Positions 24,608 to 38,462 of a stretch of 64,000 bases of DNA are shown one piece after another. The stretch comes from Lingula anatina. Its lineage: Eukaryota; Animalia; Brachiopoda. Within the stretch, counting starts at the first letter, position 1. Each line of letters begins with the position of its first letter. Location of the stretch: positions 3,902,587-3,966,586 of the forward strand of contig CM120648.1 in the NCBI GenBank assembly GCA_051362555.1, written 5' to 3'. The notes below the pieces were generated by a model. That model saw only the letters and a program-made list of their open reading frames with translations. It had not been told where the DNA came from and did not search any database. The position numbers and the translations under genes were made by a program.

Positions 24608-27600
24608 ATGTACTTGTAATTGTAAATGTAGGTAGAAACAGTAGGAGGCACGCGTGTCTGAGAGAAGGAGAAGGAAGGAGGGAGGGAGGGGTGCAAATAC
24701 GGCCGATCGAAAGGCGGGGGGGGGGGGGGGGCGTTAATACTGGTTACGTAGATGCGCGTGTGCGGTTATCAACATCATTGTGTCTCTGGCCACATCACGC
24801 CATCTGCACCCTGTTTTTCACAGAAAATTAAAGGTATTCTGGCTATCATATTCCCTGTGTTCGGCACTGCGAGTAATCGACGTGAAAGATCTAAAGATAT
24901 GTTATAAAAAATAGGTTAACACTTAAAAACAAAGTGGGGATTGCATTTTACATACATTTACATTTAATGACCATTTTCAATTAGGTTACTGTCATGTTGG
25001 CAACATGCCTGGAAGGAAACAGGAATCCAATGTCAAGAATATGATAGAGAAACTCAGGGTGGACATCACCTGTTCACGCTCTCCGTAATTTGATTGGCTA
25101 AAATTCGGTTATCAGGACCGCACTGTTTGATTACGTGGGGTTTTGTTTGGTTTGTAAAGTCGGCGCTAGATTTACTAGTCGGTTACTCCAAATACTACGA
25201 GATAAGGAAGATAAACAACCGTGGAGGCCATTATTCATTGATTCAATGATGAATTGCGCAGGTCAGCTGCGTCCTATTTCGAGACTAATGAAATCAACTT
25301 AATTAAAATAGATATGATATACCAATACTTAGTATACATGTTAGTTGTTTATTTATTTTAGAATGGCAACCAGGAAATAATTGAAAAACTGACATTGACA
25401 TTCATATCTTTCCATTTTCTTTTACGTATTGACTACTGCAGTTTTTGGGAAAATATAAATCTGCAGAAAAATTATTTTAAATAATCCATCATATTTATAG
25501 CGAATGAGTAAAAACCGTACAAAAATATCTGTGTCGACCTGAAATTTGTCATGTACTACATGTAGTAGGCTATATGTGACAATTATAGTTTCAGAGATTA
25601 CAGTATTCCAAAGTATCAATGATTCATTTGCAATATTGATTTATTGGTTCAAATCTTAACTCCAGCATAGATATCGGTCCATTTTCCTTGACTTATTGAC
25701 TGCTCATGGTTTTTGAGAATCTATATCTGCGTTAAAGTTATGTCAGACTATCAGATGCATTAAGAACGGCCGCGACCACTGTGTCCTCGTAGATGTATAA
25801 ATAATATTCTTGCATAAACATGAATGCATAGCAGAGGAGTAATAATTAAAATGCTCACCAGGGCTACGACCTGCAATTTGCTATCCAGATTATATATGAC
25901 GATTATGACAACAGAGATGTATATATATAATTATCGCGTGCAAAAATATCATGCCATGTTGGGATATAGCACCTGGTGATCGGTAAACATGTATTATATT
26001 AGAACACGGCCTTTATGTAGTAAGTCAGCATTTCAATCAATGTGATTTTAAATAAAATGTGCATATTTTTAGGAAAAAGATATTGTTTATGGCAAACAGT
26101 TTAAAAATTAGGATGTCGTTTCATGCATTATCTCTCTGATTAAGATAATCTTGAAATAAAGCGAAGCAAAAATAAGTATTAGAAGAACAAAAATGTTGGT
26201 AAAGCTGCAAAGTGCGTCGTTTCCTTTAGATTTGGTTAAATATCTATTTATTCATTTATATTGAATTATTTATGCTGCAATAATTGTTTGCCCATCGAGT
26301 TTATTAAGGTGGAACATTTTCATGGAGGCTGAAATGATACAATATTTTGTACGCGGTTCCTCGTTAAAACATTCAAAGACGCTCACGGTAACATGAGGAC
26401 AGCTGTAAGGGCCTCCGCCACGAGGACAAGGACATCATGCGAGGACAAGGCCAACAGTTGAAAAACTGGGTCAACGCGCTCTAATTTTTGTTTTCAAAGC
26501 AGACATCTAAGGCAGACATCATAGATAAAATTGTTCGTTGACCTATATTTTAAGTTGTACGGCTGTGGAATGTTGTTTGCGCCTGCGCCTATTTCCAGCG
26601 GATTTGAGGGTTGATCTCGAATACTTCTTTTCCGAACAGTAGACTATTACTTAACACTTTAATTTCTGATATAAAAATCATTTAAAATTAAAGGTCGAAA
26701 GTTTGTGATCTCTAAGGGATCTCATGAAGCAGTTATAGTCTAAGTTACAACCTGATGTATAATATTCGAAATGGTTTAAAGAATAATGAAAAGAAAATCG
26801 TTTTATTGAAATCTTTTTTATAGAAAATTCAACTTGAACCAGTTATAAAATGACAAGAAATGTCTATTTAAAGGAAAGAATTGACACAAACAAAAGTAAA
26901 GTAGAAAATTTATCTGAATATTGAAATCGTGTTTTATAAAAGTTATATGATCCAAAAAGAAAGACAGTGAAGAATTTGTAAAAATTGTGAACTTAACTAC
27001 CTGAAAAGAATCTGATGGAGCATTTATTGAAGAAATTATCAACCGATGAATAACTGCTAAAATTACACGAAAAAGGTACAAGTAATGAAAGGAGATTGTT
27101 TTGTAAAAACTCTGCTTAATGTTGCTACAACTTTAACCGGTTATAAGATTAAGGAAAGTATCGATGCAAAGAAAGAAATACTATTACAAAAACACAAAAT
27201 TAAAAAGTTGAAAAAAGAAACATTCCCATCTTACTGATCGTTAAATTTTTTTGTTTTTGTAAGGTTATAAAATCGGTTTCTTCATCAGAGTAAATTTTCA
27301 TGGTAAATGTATAATTTATATTACTTCACTCTCCTGATTCCCTCATGCATTCATCGTGTATAATTATTATAACAATTAATTTATTTCCGGTGATGTGACG
27401 AGTAGCACTTAGTTCAACCAACTAAATCTGATTTCACTTAAATCTACCGATAACGCAAATGACTGTTCAAATGAATAGAATCTTGAATTGATAAGATTTA
27501 TTGATAAAATGGCCCCAAATTCATCAGGCGGTGAAGCACGCATTTTTAACCTTGTGAAAGCTCGGTAACCCTCGACGATGGTGGATACAAAGGTATGCCA

Positions 27601-28475
27601 GGGTGGGCTGATTGTGGGGCAAAAGAGGGGGAGAGGAACGCGACTTTTATCTGAAAACTTACTTCGAATTTTATAAAACTTGTATGCTCGAGAAAAAAAG
27701 ATGTTGGAAAATTAGTAAAGATTCATTCACTTAATTCTTTCCCTCAATATCGATCGCTGTATCTCCGCACACAAAATGAAACATACAGACGCTCGCATAT
27801 ACCCCTTCTTTTACACCCTCCCGTAACGCCCTCCTACTCGCTCTCGTGGTAGTGGTGTGATCACGTTTCCACGTGCTTCCGGTATTTGAAACGGTCCACG
27901 TGAAATTGACATAATTGTCCCTGTTTCCAAGGTACACAAATGTATCACAAGGGCAGACGGCGGATTCCGGTCGAACATATAACTGTCGAATATTTTTTTT
28001 AATATCCGTGGAAACCAAAAGTGATTAATTTTTGTATATACACGGTGACAGGAACATTTGCTGTGTGAAGAATGCTAATACAGATAGACCAAACACTTTG
28101 GATTTACTGATTTAATACCGAATTGTGAAGAGAGAGAGACGGACGGATATTCATTTTGTTTACTTAATTGTGTTTATGAATTACACGCCTATGACTGAAT
28201 ATACAGCCTCTGATACCAACTGTAAATAACGGGCTTGATGATGACATATGAAAAGGACTATCATTCACTGTTCAACTCAGGGAGATAGCAACACGCAACA
28301 AAGGGAGGTGACCAATCCATGCCATGCCATCTCAAAGGAACCGAACCTAAGGACACTCAATTCATTTTATGTTACGATACAGTCCTGGCCTAATCAGTAG
28401 TTTATCTATTCTATTTCCAAGCAGCAACAGATAAAAAAGATAATTCCAAAGACTAGACCTATATAACACATCAGG

Positions 28476-30064
28476 ATGCTGACATCAAGGAAATCTGCCC
28501 ATGGGTTTGCTCTGAGCCTTTGTTTGCTGGTCACCAGAACTGCGCTTTGCTCTGGTGGTAAGTGTATTACAACAGCTTTGAACGGAAACGGTAACGGCAT
28601 TTATATTCTTCCATTTTCGGTAGACTTTATGGAAAAAAAGTAGCAGATTCGTATATAAATTGTGTTCGTGTAGGATAAACAAACTCTTTGTAATTTCAAT
28701 TATGTGTAACTAATTAAAATTAGTTTAAACCACCCAACATTAACTAGTATGATAGTTGCATTGTGAATGTACCCTAAGTTTTGAACAATGTAAACCACCC
28801 CCTCCAACATTTCAATTACCAGGTGACAGTTGCCCGTCCACCATTGGGACAGAACACCAGGGATTTGTCCACCGGTCCCAGTGTTATCAATTTGTGAACC
28901 GTAAGGAGTGGTGGGGAACGGCACGCGACTTCTGTGCCAGTAAAGGAGGTCACCTCATACAGTTAGACAATGCTGAAGTGGTGGCTTTCATCAAGGGCAC
29001 ATTGAGAGGCAATTTTGGGGACTGGGACAAGGTTTGGATAGGAGCGAATGACAGAGGGACAGAGAAGAAATGGATATGGGATGGCTCAGGTGGGAATCCC
29101 GAAACATTTTGAGACTGATAATTATGATAATAAAAGATGAAAAGTAGATGTAAGATATCGATTTAGGGCTTACCTGTTCTATTTGGTGTGATGCTTGCCC
29201 GTTTACACTGTGCAAAGGTATATCTGAACTTCGTAAGAATGATGTACCTACATGTACAATATTGTGTCTTTTTTTCAGTGTGACAGCTTGAGGACTTCAT
29301 TAGTATTTGAAAGGCGTATCAGATCATATTGATGAAGAAATTGATATTAAAAACCTGACGATGACTATTTTACTATAACCTCATGTATGGCATTTGGAGT
29401 TTATTCTGCTATACTGTTTATTGAATGGCGAATTACTAAAACTTGATACGCCATTGAGGTTGGCCCTTCTTCAAGGGGGTCGTTTTCATGGAAAATATTT
29501 TCACTCAACAAAATAACAATTTCAGACGAGGAGATCTCTTACAACAACTGGGGTCAGGGACAACCCGCAACCTCAATCTTTGTCGGTCCGTTTGAAGACT
29601 GTGCCACGATGGAGAAGGCAGACGACTACCGCTGGCATGACCATGCATGTGGCATTGCAGGACAGGCGTATCAATTTATTTGTCAATATGGTAAGAAAGG
29701 GACGTACTCTAATATAGCACTATTATTATCTTTTATTAGGGGGAAGAGAATTTAATTTAAATCAGCGGTAAAATGTGTCAACTCTGGAGTTGTCGGCGAG
29801 GTTGACATATGTTATAATTGCACACAGACTTGATCAGATTTATATGTGAGTGCGAATGTTGAACGAGATTGAGATCTCTTGTAAGTTTGATCAAGAATGA
29901 ATTGAGAATCTGGAATGTCAGGGAAGGTTTGATATAAGCTCTTTTACAGTATTACTGTAGACAGAGGGACTCTTTACCAGTGTGGATTCCTGAGAGCAGT
30001 AGAAAAGTAGACTGTTATATGATAATGCCAACCCAGTAAATGAGTATACACAATGAATCCTGAC

Positions 30065-30108
<44 letters not shown>

Positions 30109-33100
30109 GAGGTGGAGGGAAAAAGAGTTTGTGTACTTTTTAATTTCCAGGGCCTGGATTTTCGTAGTTCATGTTCAAAGTAGGCATGCTTTTGTTTTAC
30201 AGATGCCGTTAATAGGGCCACGACCACAAGTACCACTACTTCATCAACAACAACAACAACAGAAACAACAACAGGGACAAAAACGGCAAAAACAACAACA
30301 ACAATAAGGGTTACATCATCAGCAACCGTTGCACCACCTGCACCAGGAAACAGAACAGCTGGGAACCACTCAACACTATCAGCCTTATGGCCCAAAACAA
30401 ACACAACAACTGCTACTACTACAGTGGAAACTCCATCAGCATCAACACCTGCCGTACCACCTACGCGACATGGCAAAACAACTGGGCATCATCCAACACC
30501 ATCAGCCTTGTTATCCAAAACAACAACAGCAACAACGAAAACCTCAACAATAATACGGACGAGTCCATCATCATCATCAACGCCTGTGGCACCATCAATA
30601 CCAGACGCATCACGCTACACCTGCCCGCAGAATTTGGAACCAAACTACCAAACATTTACATACAGGGACCATTGCTACCAGTTTGTCACCAAGGAGGAGT
30701 GGAGGTCAACAGCACAAGAATATTGCCGAAAATACCAGGGCCAGCTCATAGAAATACCGGATCAAAGCACCATGGATTTTGTAATTGATGTACTAAATAA
30801 GAAACTAAAGTGGGGAGTAAACGGAGTTTGGAATGGAGCGAGTGACCAACGCGAAGAAGGAGTTTGGGAATGGGATGGTTCAGGTAGGCAATGACCACGT
30901 AGAGAATAACACTGAATAAATTCAGGCTGGACGACCTACTCACCCGTGCGAAAACAAACATACAAGCCCCACCTTTCCTTGACACACACATACACAGATT
31001 TCAGTATTTACAATCCTACACGTATTTCTTCCAGACTTATGGTTCATTTTAATGAAATGATTTTTCAAGACCGAAGAAAATAGCAATTTTGTGCACGTTG
31101 CCAACGTGTGTATTTAGAGTATTTTATACACTTAATTACATCAAGCAATTTTTATCATCTTCTCAAAGGCAATCCAGTAATCTACTCAAACTGGGCACTG
31201 GGGCAACCCGGTGGTCTTACAAAGTGGACGGATGACTGCGCATGTATGAGGAGGACGGACAACTGGCAATGGCACGACTATGGCTGTAGTCAGCCAGGTT
31301 ACAGCTATAGATACATTTGTCAATATGGTGAGCTGAACTGCCGTTTTATTCAACTCACAACTAATGCTAGTTGATATCTAACATGGACTGTATATGGGTT
31401 TGCCGCTGTCGTGAATATTCATATTTCATTCCATTTTGTTGTGTTCCTGATTGCTGAGAATTTATCTTTGTAACAACTGTATAATTACGCTTAGTAAAAG
31501 TGGAAAGCATAATGAACAAGTAACGATTCACGTATTGTCTGCCAACCGAAGACAAGTATAAATTTACTGGCGTGAGAACAATCAGTGAGGTTAACTCGTC
31601 TCTTTTCAGATTTAGTAGAAAATATTTCCACAAGCACAGTGCTCTCCCCTACTCGGTCAATAACCTCGACGCCAGGAAGCTCGAGCAAAAAGACTGGCCT
31701 GCTTTCAACAATGTTACCCAAAGCATCTCTTCCAGCGAAATCTTCATTAGTACCTTTGCCTTTTAACAAAACGGCATCTTTAAGAACAGCAACAGCAACA
31801 ACAGCAACGTCGGCACCAACAGCATCATCGACCCGTGTGGCGCTACCTACCGGAGACAGCAACACAACTGGGCATCACCCAACACTATCAGCCTTGTTAA
31901 CCAAAACAACAACAGCAACAACGAAAACCTCAACAACAATACAGACAACTCCATCATCATCATCATCATCAACGCCTGTGGCTCTATCAACACCAGATGC
32001 ATCACGCTACACCTGCCCGCAGAATTTGGAACCGAACTATCAAACATTTACATACAGGGACCATTGCTACCAGTTTGTCACCAAGGAGGAGTGGAGGTCA
32101 ACAGCACAAGAATATTGCCGAAAATACCAGGGCCAGCTCATGGAAATACCGGATCAGAGCACCATGGATTTTTTGATTGATGTACTAAATGAGAAACTAA
32201 AGTGGGGTGTAAACGGAGTTTGGAATGGAGCGACTGACCAACGCGAAGAAGGAGTTTGGAAATGGGATGGTTCAGGTAGGCAATGCCCACATAGTGAATA
32301 ACACTGATTAAACACAGGCTGAACACGCGCACACACTCGAAATCAATCATACAACCAATCTTTCCTCCACACATTATTTGTCTCTCTCTCTCACTCTCTC
32401 ACACACATACACACACGCGCGCGAGCACACACACATATACACATACTATGTACAGTATTCACATTTCTTCACGCACTCAAATTCTTCCGAAAATTTGTGG
32501 TTAATTTAAATCCAAGTTTTTTTTATCAAGCCTGAAGGTAACAATAGCTATATTCTGAAATACTACACGCAATTTTTTATCATCTTCTTAAAGACAATCC
32601 TGTAATCTACTCAAACTGGGCACAAGGTCAACCCGGTGGTCTTGCAAGGTGGACGGAGGACTGTGCATGTATGAGGAGGACGAACAACTGGCAATGGCAC
32701 GACTATGGCTGTAGTCAGCTTGGTTACAGTTACAGATACATTTGTCAATATGGTGAGCTGAACTGCCGCTTTATTCAATAGGCTGCTAAATAGGAGGTAA
32801 AGGGAGCAGTGCATGGAATCGCTGTTGTCCTATATTTGTCTAGTAACAATACCTACAGTTAAAGTTTATTTGTCAACAGTCAGTGAGGTTAACGTACTTT
32901 TTCATTCAAGACATTAAAACTACGTCCTCGTCTCTTTTCAGATCTAGTGGAAAATATTACCACAAGCAAGGTGCTTTCCTCTACTCGGTCAGTGACCACG
33001 ACGCCAGTAAGCTCGAGTCAAAGGACTAAACAACAATCAACAGTATCATCCTTGTTACCCGAAACATCTCTACCAGCGAAATCGTCATCAGTACCTTTGC

Positions 33101-36100
33101 CTTTAAACAAAACGGCATCCTTTAGAACATTAGCAGCAACGACAGCAACGTCGGCACCAACAGCATCATCGACCCGTGTGGTACTACCTACGGGAGACAG
33201 CAACACAACTGGGCATCACCCAACACTATCAGCCTTGTTAACCAAAACAACAAAAGCAACAAGGAAAAACTCAACAACAATACAGACGACTCCATCATCA
33301 TCATCATCATCATCAACGCCTGTGGCACAATCAACACCAGATGCATCACGCTACACCTGCCCAAAGAATTTGGAACCAAACTACCAAACATTTACATACA
33401 GGGACCATTGCTACCAGTTTGTCACCAAGGAGGAATGGAGGTCAACTGCACGAGACTATTGCCGTAAATACCAGGGCCAACTCATAGAAATACCAGATCA
33501 GAGCACCATGGATTTTGTAATCGATGTACTAAATAAGAAATTAAAATGGGGAGTAAACGGAGTTTGGAATGGAGCGACTGACCAACGCGAAGAAGGAGTT
33601 TGGAAATGGGATGGTTCAGGTAGGCAATGACCAAATAGAGAATAACACAGAATAAACACAGGCTGAACGACACACTTACACGTGCAAAAACAAACATCTT
33701 TTACATACACACTCGAACTCGAGCACACATACAAATACGATGTACGGTATTCACAATCCTGCTCGCACGCATATTCTTCCGAAGATTTGTTGTTGATTTA
33801 AATCAACGATTTTTGTCAAGTCAGAAGGTAACTATAGCCATATTCTGACAAACCCTACACGCAATATTTTATCATTTTCTCAAAGGCAATCCAGTCACGT
33901 ACTCAAATTGGGCACAAGGTCAACCCGGTGGTCTTGCAAGGTGGACGGAAGACTGTGCATGTATGAGGAGGACGGACAGCTGGCAATGGCACGACTATGG
34001 CTGTAGTCAGCCAGGTTACAGCTACAGATACATTTGTCAATATGGTGAGCTGAGCTGCCGTTTTATTCAATAGACTGCTTAATAGGAGATAAGGGAGCAG
34101 TGTATGGAATCGCTTTTCTCTCATATTTGTCTAATAACAATACCTACAGTTAATGTTTATTTGTCAATATGGTGAATTTTACGCTTGGTTACTGAGCAAA
34201 TGTTTTCAAAGGCGGATTGAGGTGAGATGTAAGCAGGCACGTGCTTTTTAGGTGTCCTCTTTTAGCTTCTAAGTCACCCATTCTCCTCATTCTACATTAA
34301 CCATTTAACATTTTCTAATATAATGAAAGAATAGAATCTTATACCGGATCTTACTTGAAATGAATATCACAACGTTTCGATCGTACAAGGCCTAAACTGA
34401 GTTGTCACCGGTGTAACGTGGTGACAGTCCGCGCGGGATTTCAAATAAGATCCATTATAAGATTGAATTATTTTCAATATCTAAATGAAATACAACTGGA
34501 TGAATGAAAACATTCACTTTGATATTTCACATTTTGCCAGATATGGGGTAACTCGCTTTGAGGAAATTAGTTTGGTTTTTAATTCATATACAAAGATTTA
34601 GAACCGTAAATGTAGGATCACTTTTGTCACAGTCAAACTGTCAACATTTACAGGCCCTTTACCCACAACTTCGCCTTCGTCATTGTCATCCCAGTCTAGC
34701 GGAAAAGGTGAGGTGACCCCGACTACTTCGTCTCCCCGAACAATGTCATCCCAGTCTAGCAGAAAGGGTGAGGTGACCCCGACTACTTCGTCGCCCCGAA
34801 CAATGTTATCCCAGTCTAGCAGAAAGGGTGAGGTGACCTCGACTACTTCGTCGCCCCGAACAATGTCATCCCAGTCTAGCAGAAAGGGTGAGGTGACCTC
34901 GACTACTTCGTCGCCCCGAACAATGTCATCCCAGTCTAGCAGAAAGGGCGAGGTGACTTCGATTAGCACGCTACCCCAAACGACGGCTGTTGATGCAGCA
35001 AAAGGTGCTTACATGTACATGCATCTTAAAATATTGACACATTCATCTTGATATATTTAAAACAATATTGACGGTATTATATGTATTGATTCAGTAATTC
35101 CAGGCCTGTTTGTTAATAATATTTTATAGATTAAGGCATTTAAAACTGCACCATTGAGGCTTGGACGAATTTCGTAATTTAGAACATGATTGAAGTGATG
35201 ACATTAATGTATGGACCGGTATTGTCTTTTATGCTGAGTTGTTGTGACATGAGTTTTTATTGTTTATTTAGGACCTCTTTCACTGAAGAATCAAGACAAG
35301 CATGGGGTTTCAAGCTCAAACAACAAAGGTATTCGTTATTCCTTTGGCTTTTATTCAAAATCGTCATTGATAATTTTTCAAGTATTTTTGAAACTTTGCT
35401 TTTAAAGTGTATGATGTGGTTATCCTGATGCTACGTCACGAAACATATTGTCCAGAAGATGGATTAGTATTTCGAAAAATGATACATATAAAGACTATTC
35501 TGATCTCTTAGATTCATCCAAGAAATCTCAACAACCTGTTTATTCAGCATCTAGGATATTGAATTTCTTATGCATGTATGAATGTTCTACTATATATGTT
35601 AATCTATATATGGCAATTGTATATTTCTAGCAACCTACCTAGGGATTGGGATAACCTGTGGGGCTGTTATACTGATAGTTATAGTGGTCATTGCGGTGGT
35701 GTGGCATTACAAAAGGTAAGAGCATTGAACCTATCGTTCTATGTAGATCGATCCAAAACGCGAGGACCCTCGCTGAATGCAATCCCATTAAAAGATTAAC
35801 AAACATCCTCCTGGCGTTGAGTAGATTACAGAAAGGCTGGTAATTATACGAGTACTTTGGAAATAAGAGGAGGCGTGTTTATCTGTTTATCTGTTAACCC
35901 TTTCAGCGCGGGGTTGGAGAAATCTACGTAGAACAATAGTTTCATTGGGAATGAGCCCTTAGTCTTTGCGCACAGTGGAGACAACGGCCGAACTATTGAT
36001 AAGGCCTTCTGAAGCGTGAGCAACATGTCGGAAGAAATTCGTGTCTAAGATTAATGAACCAAGATCGATCACGCAGTACTAGTATATTGCGATCTAAAGA

Positions 36101-36734
36101 TCTGTGGAAATGGTCCCCTAGTTTCTTGAATAACTACAATGTAGAGGTCACCGCTCAGTTCAGCAAATAGGCAGAGCAGATGATAGGAACGTGTTGTGGG
36201 CAATATAGCTCAGCATATTGATCACAGTGTGCGCTGGCCATTTTTGCTCACAAATGAAAGTATATCTATGCCACAAACAAGATAAGGAAAAGCCTTTAAC
36301 AATGTTAAATTACCTTACAATTTTATATGGAAACAGAGTAAGAATTCGATTCAGGAATGTTCTTTTTTTTTTTTTACTTTTTGTTTTAAAGTTTCACTAT
36401 TTTCCCCCGCTATCTCATTTCTTGCGTTAAAACGAAAGTAAGCAAAAATATATATTACTTGTTTACAGACGTCCAGGTTACTAGTTTTAGTGACAAAATG
36501 TTTTTTTTTCTTTACAGGAGAAACAAATACCCCCGTTTTCAGGATAGGGTACAATTCAACAATAATCTGTACCAGCTTGACCAGGTATCTCTAGAGGCCT
36601 CAGAGGACCAAAACATGAACTCGAAAACAACAGAGAGTGTCGACGCCTTGTACTCCAAGCCGGACAAATTACACGGGAACTCCAACAGTGATAACACAGA
36701 CGTTACTTTAATGCCGAATGAACTGTATGCTTGA
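28476..36734 (+). CDS. Type-I membrane multi-C-type-lectin/mucin receptor, about 1248 aa: join(28476..28557,28823..29089,29526..29690,30203..30883,31169..31327,31610..32275,32594..32752,32942..33619,33886..34044,34633..35004,35272..35328,35631..35715,36518..36734)
   Basis: Signal peptide; four CTLDs (CYQFV..W..A..C....G.L, VWIG/VWNG, NW..GQP, DCA.M, WHD..C, YICQY); Thr/Ser stalks; TM YLGIGITCGAVILIVIVVIAVVW; cytoplasmic tail. All junctions are GT/AG and in phase. Confidence 0.9.
34683..34962 (+). repeat. 60-bp coding minisatellite (about 4.6 copies of MSSQSSRKGEVTSTTSSPRT)
   Basis: Exact 60-nt periodicity in the juxtamembrane stalk exon. Confidence 0.95.
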
Positions 36735-37036
36735 GACCAGCGGGTCGCCGATATCTTTACAGAAATGTCGCTGTTTTCCTATTTGAGATGTGTTTGTGTG
36801 TCGCCAAATTACGCCTGATGGGTGTGCTAATGACAAGTGTGCATAATGTAAATATGTTCGTGTAAATATTATGTGCAATGTTGCATCCACCATATCAAGC
36901 ATGTATATGCAAGATGTTACTGCTATCCATATTTATAGGTCATTTTACCCATCCTCACTCAATAGTGCGTTTATAGCTTCGTATCACGCAGTACTAGTAT
37001 ATTGCCATGTTCCGTTTGATTTCGAGTACACACAAG

Positions 37037-37088
<52 letters not shown>

Positions 37089-37831
37089 GTTGTATTGTGA
37101 AGTCGCTACTGCTGTAAACGCGCGTCGCGCCTGTCATCATGTTGTTTCACGGTTTTGCAATCAAATCCTGTCATACCTTCACAGTGCTCATCAGTTTAAG
37201 TACATTCTATGTATACTGTTTTTAACCACTTTATCCTGCATGTGCCTTTGCTATATTCTCATTGCCAACATTTTTATACAGTCTTGCCAAAAAATAAAAG
37301 TTAAAATTCGAAATTTATTTTCTTTTTTGATTGTGTAAATAGAATCTTTTATTATCGGTGTTATATACGAGGGAATTCCCTGTGATGTAGGGACCGTTCT
37401 GCATCAATTTGCGAGGGCAAGCCCCTAGATTCTGAACAACTCACGTCATCCGAACACGAACCTGTATGAATCTAATGCATGGCGGACTCTGTTTCACGGT
37501 ACTTCAGTTTTTTTTCTAGAAAAACGACCTTAGAGTAAAAAAGGACCCCAACACCTGACACTTGTTTTGTGGGGGAGATAAATCAATATAACAGTTTACG
37601 CGGAAATCGATTGACAAAGGCAGAAGCCATAATTAGCTATATTCGGAACATTTTTCAAAATACAAAAATACAAGCCAACAATAGTCTCTTTATAGAAATC
37701 TTTGTTTTATCTGTCGTATTCTGTGGACAAGATGAATCTGCCGTCTAATAACAGTTGTTTCCTAATCAAGATAAACTCGGCTTTTGTCGTCACACAGTGC
37801 TTTAACCAGGTAGGTGGTTCTCCGCTTTTTA

Positions 37832-37879
<48 letters not shown>

Positions 37880-38209
37880 GCTTGATATGATAATGGAATA
37901 ACGACGAGAAGACAATTCACCGTCAAGATTGTTACTCTGCAGGTGTACAATTTTACCTAAAACGCTTACATCTCCAGAGTTGGTTTGTTGTCTTCGCTGA
38001 TGACGAAGTATTCTTAACTCAAAAATTACTCACTCCACTCAGTATCTACATCATTCGCTCCTATATATAAATATATAGTCATGGTTGGCCGGGCGGTACG
38101 AAGATGCCTCGTGATCTTGACTTTGTTATCAATGGCGGAAAGGGGCACCACGGTTACTTTCCAATGATCACCCACAACATTGAGATGAACGATTCTATAC
38201 AGACATATA

Positions 38210-38431
38210 TCAGGTATTGCGAGGCTTTTGACGAGGCTGATTTCCAACGTCGAAAACGAAGTGAGTGAACAAAGGTTCGTGTGCCACTTGAGTGAGTTTG
38301 CAATAGTCCCTTACGTCATTTAACCCATCACGTGACCATCGGCTGCCAGACGTAGCCAGTAGTACTAATCTGGAAAATATATATATACACACACACAAAA
38401 GTACTATATTACTCCAGGCCCCGTAGTGCAA

Positions 38432-38462
<31 letters not shown>

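Noticed and set aside
24850-28300. Intergenic region upstream of the lectin receptor, with short ORFs
   Set aside because: No recognisable domain, TIR/TSD pair or consistent exon chain was found by eye.
30015-30788. Poly-Q, poly-N and poly-V ORFs
   Set aside because: Alternative frames and antisense of the Thr-rich (ACA)n mucin exon.
34598-34969. Antisense repeat ORF (VTSPFLLDWDDIVRGDEVV)
   Set aside because: Mirror of the 60-bp coding repeat, with no splice or start context.
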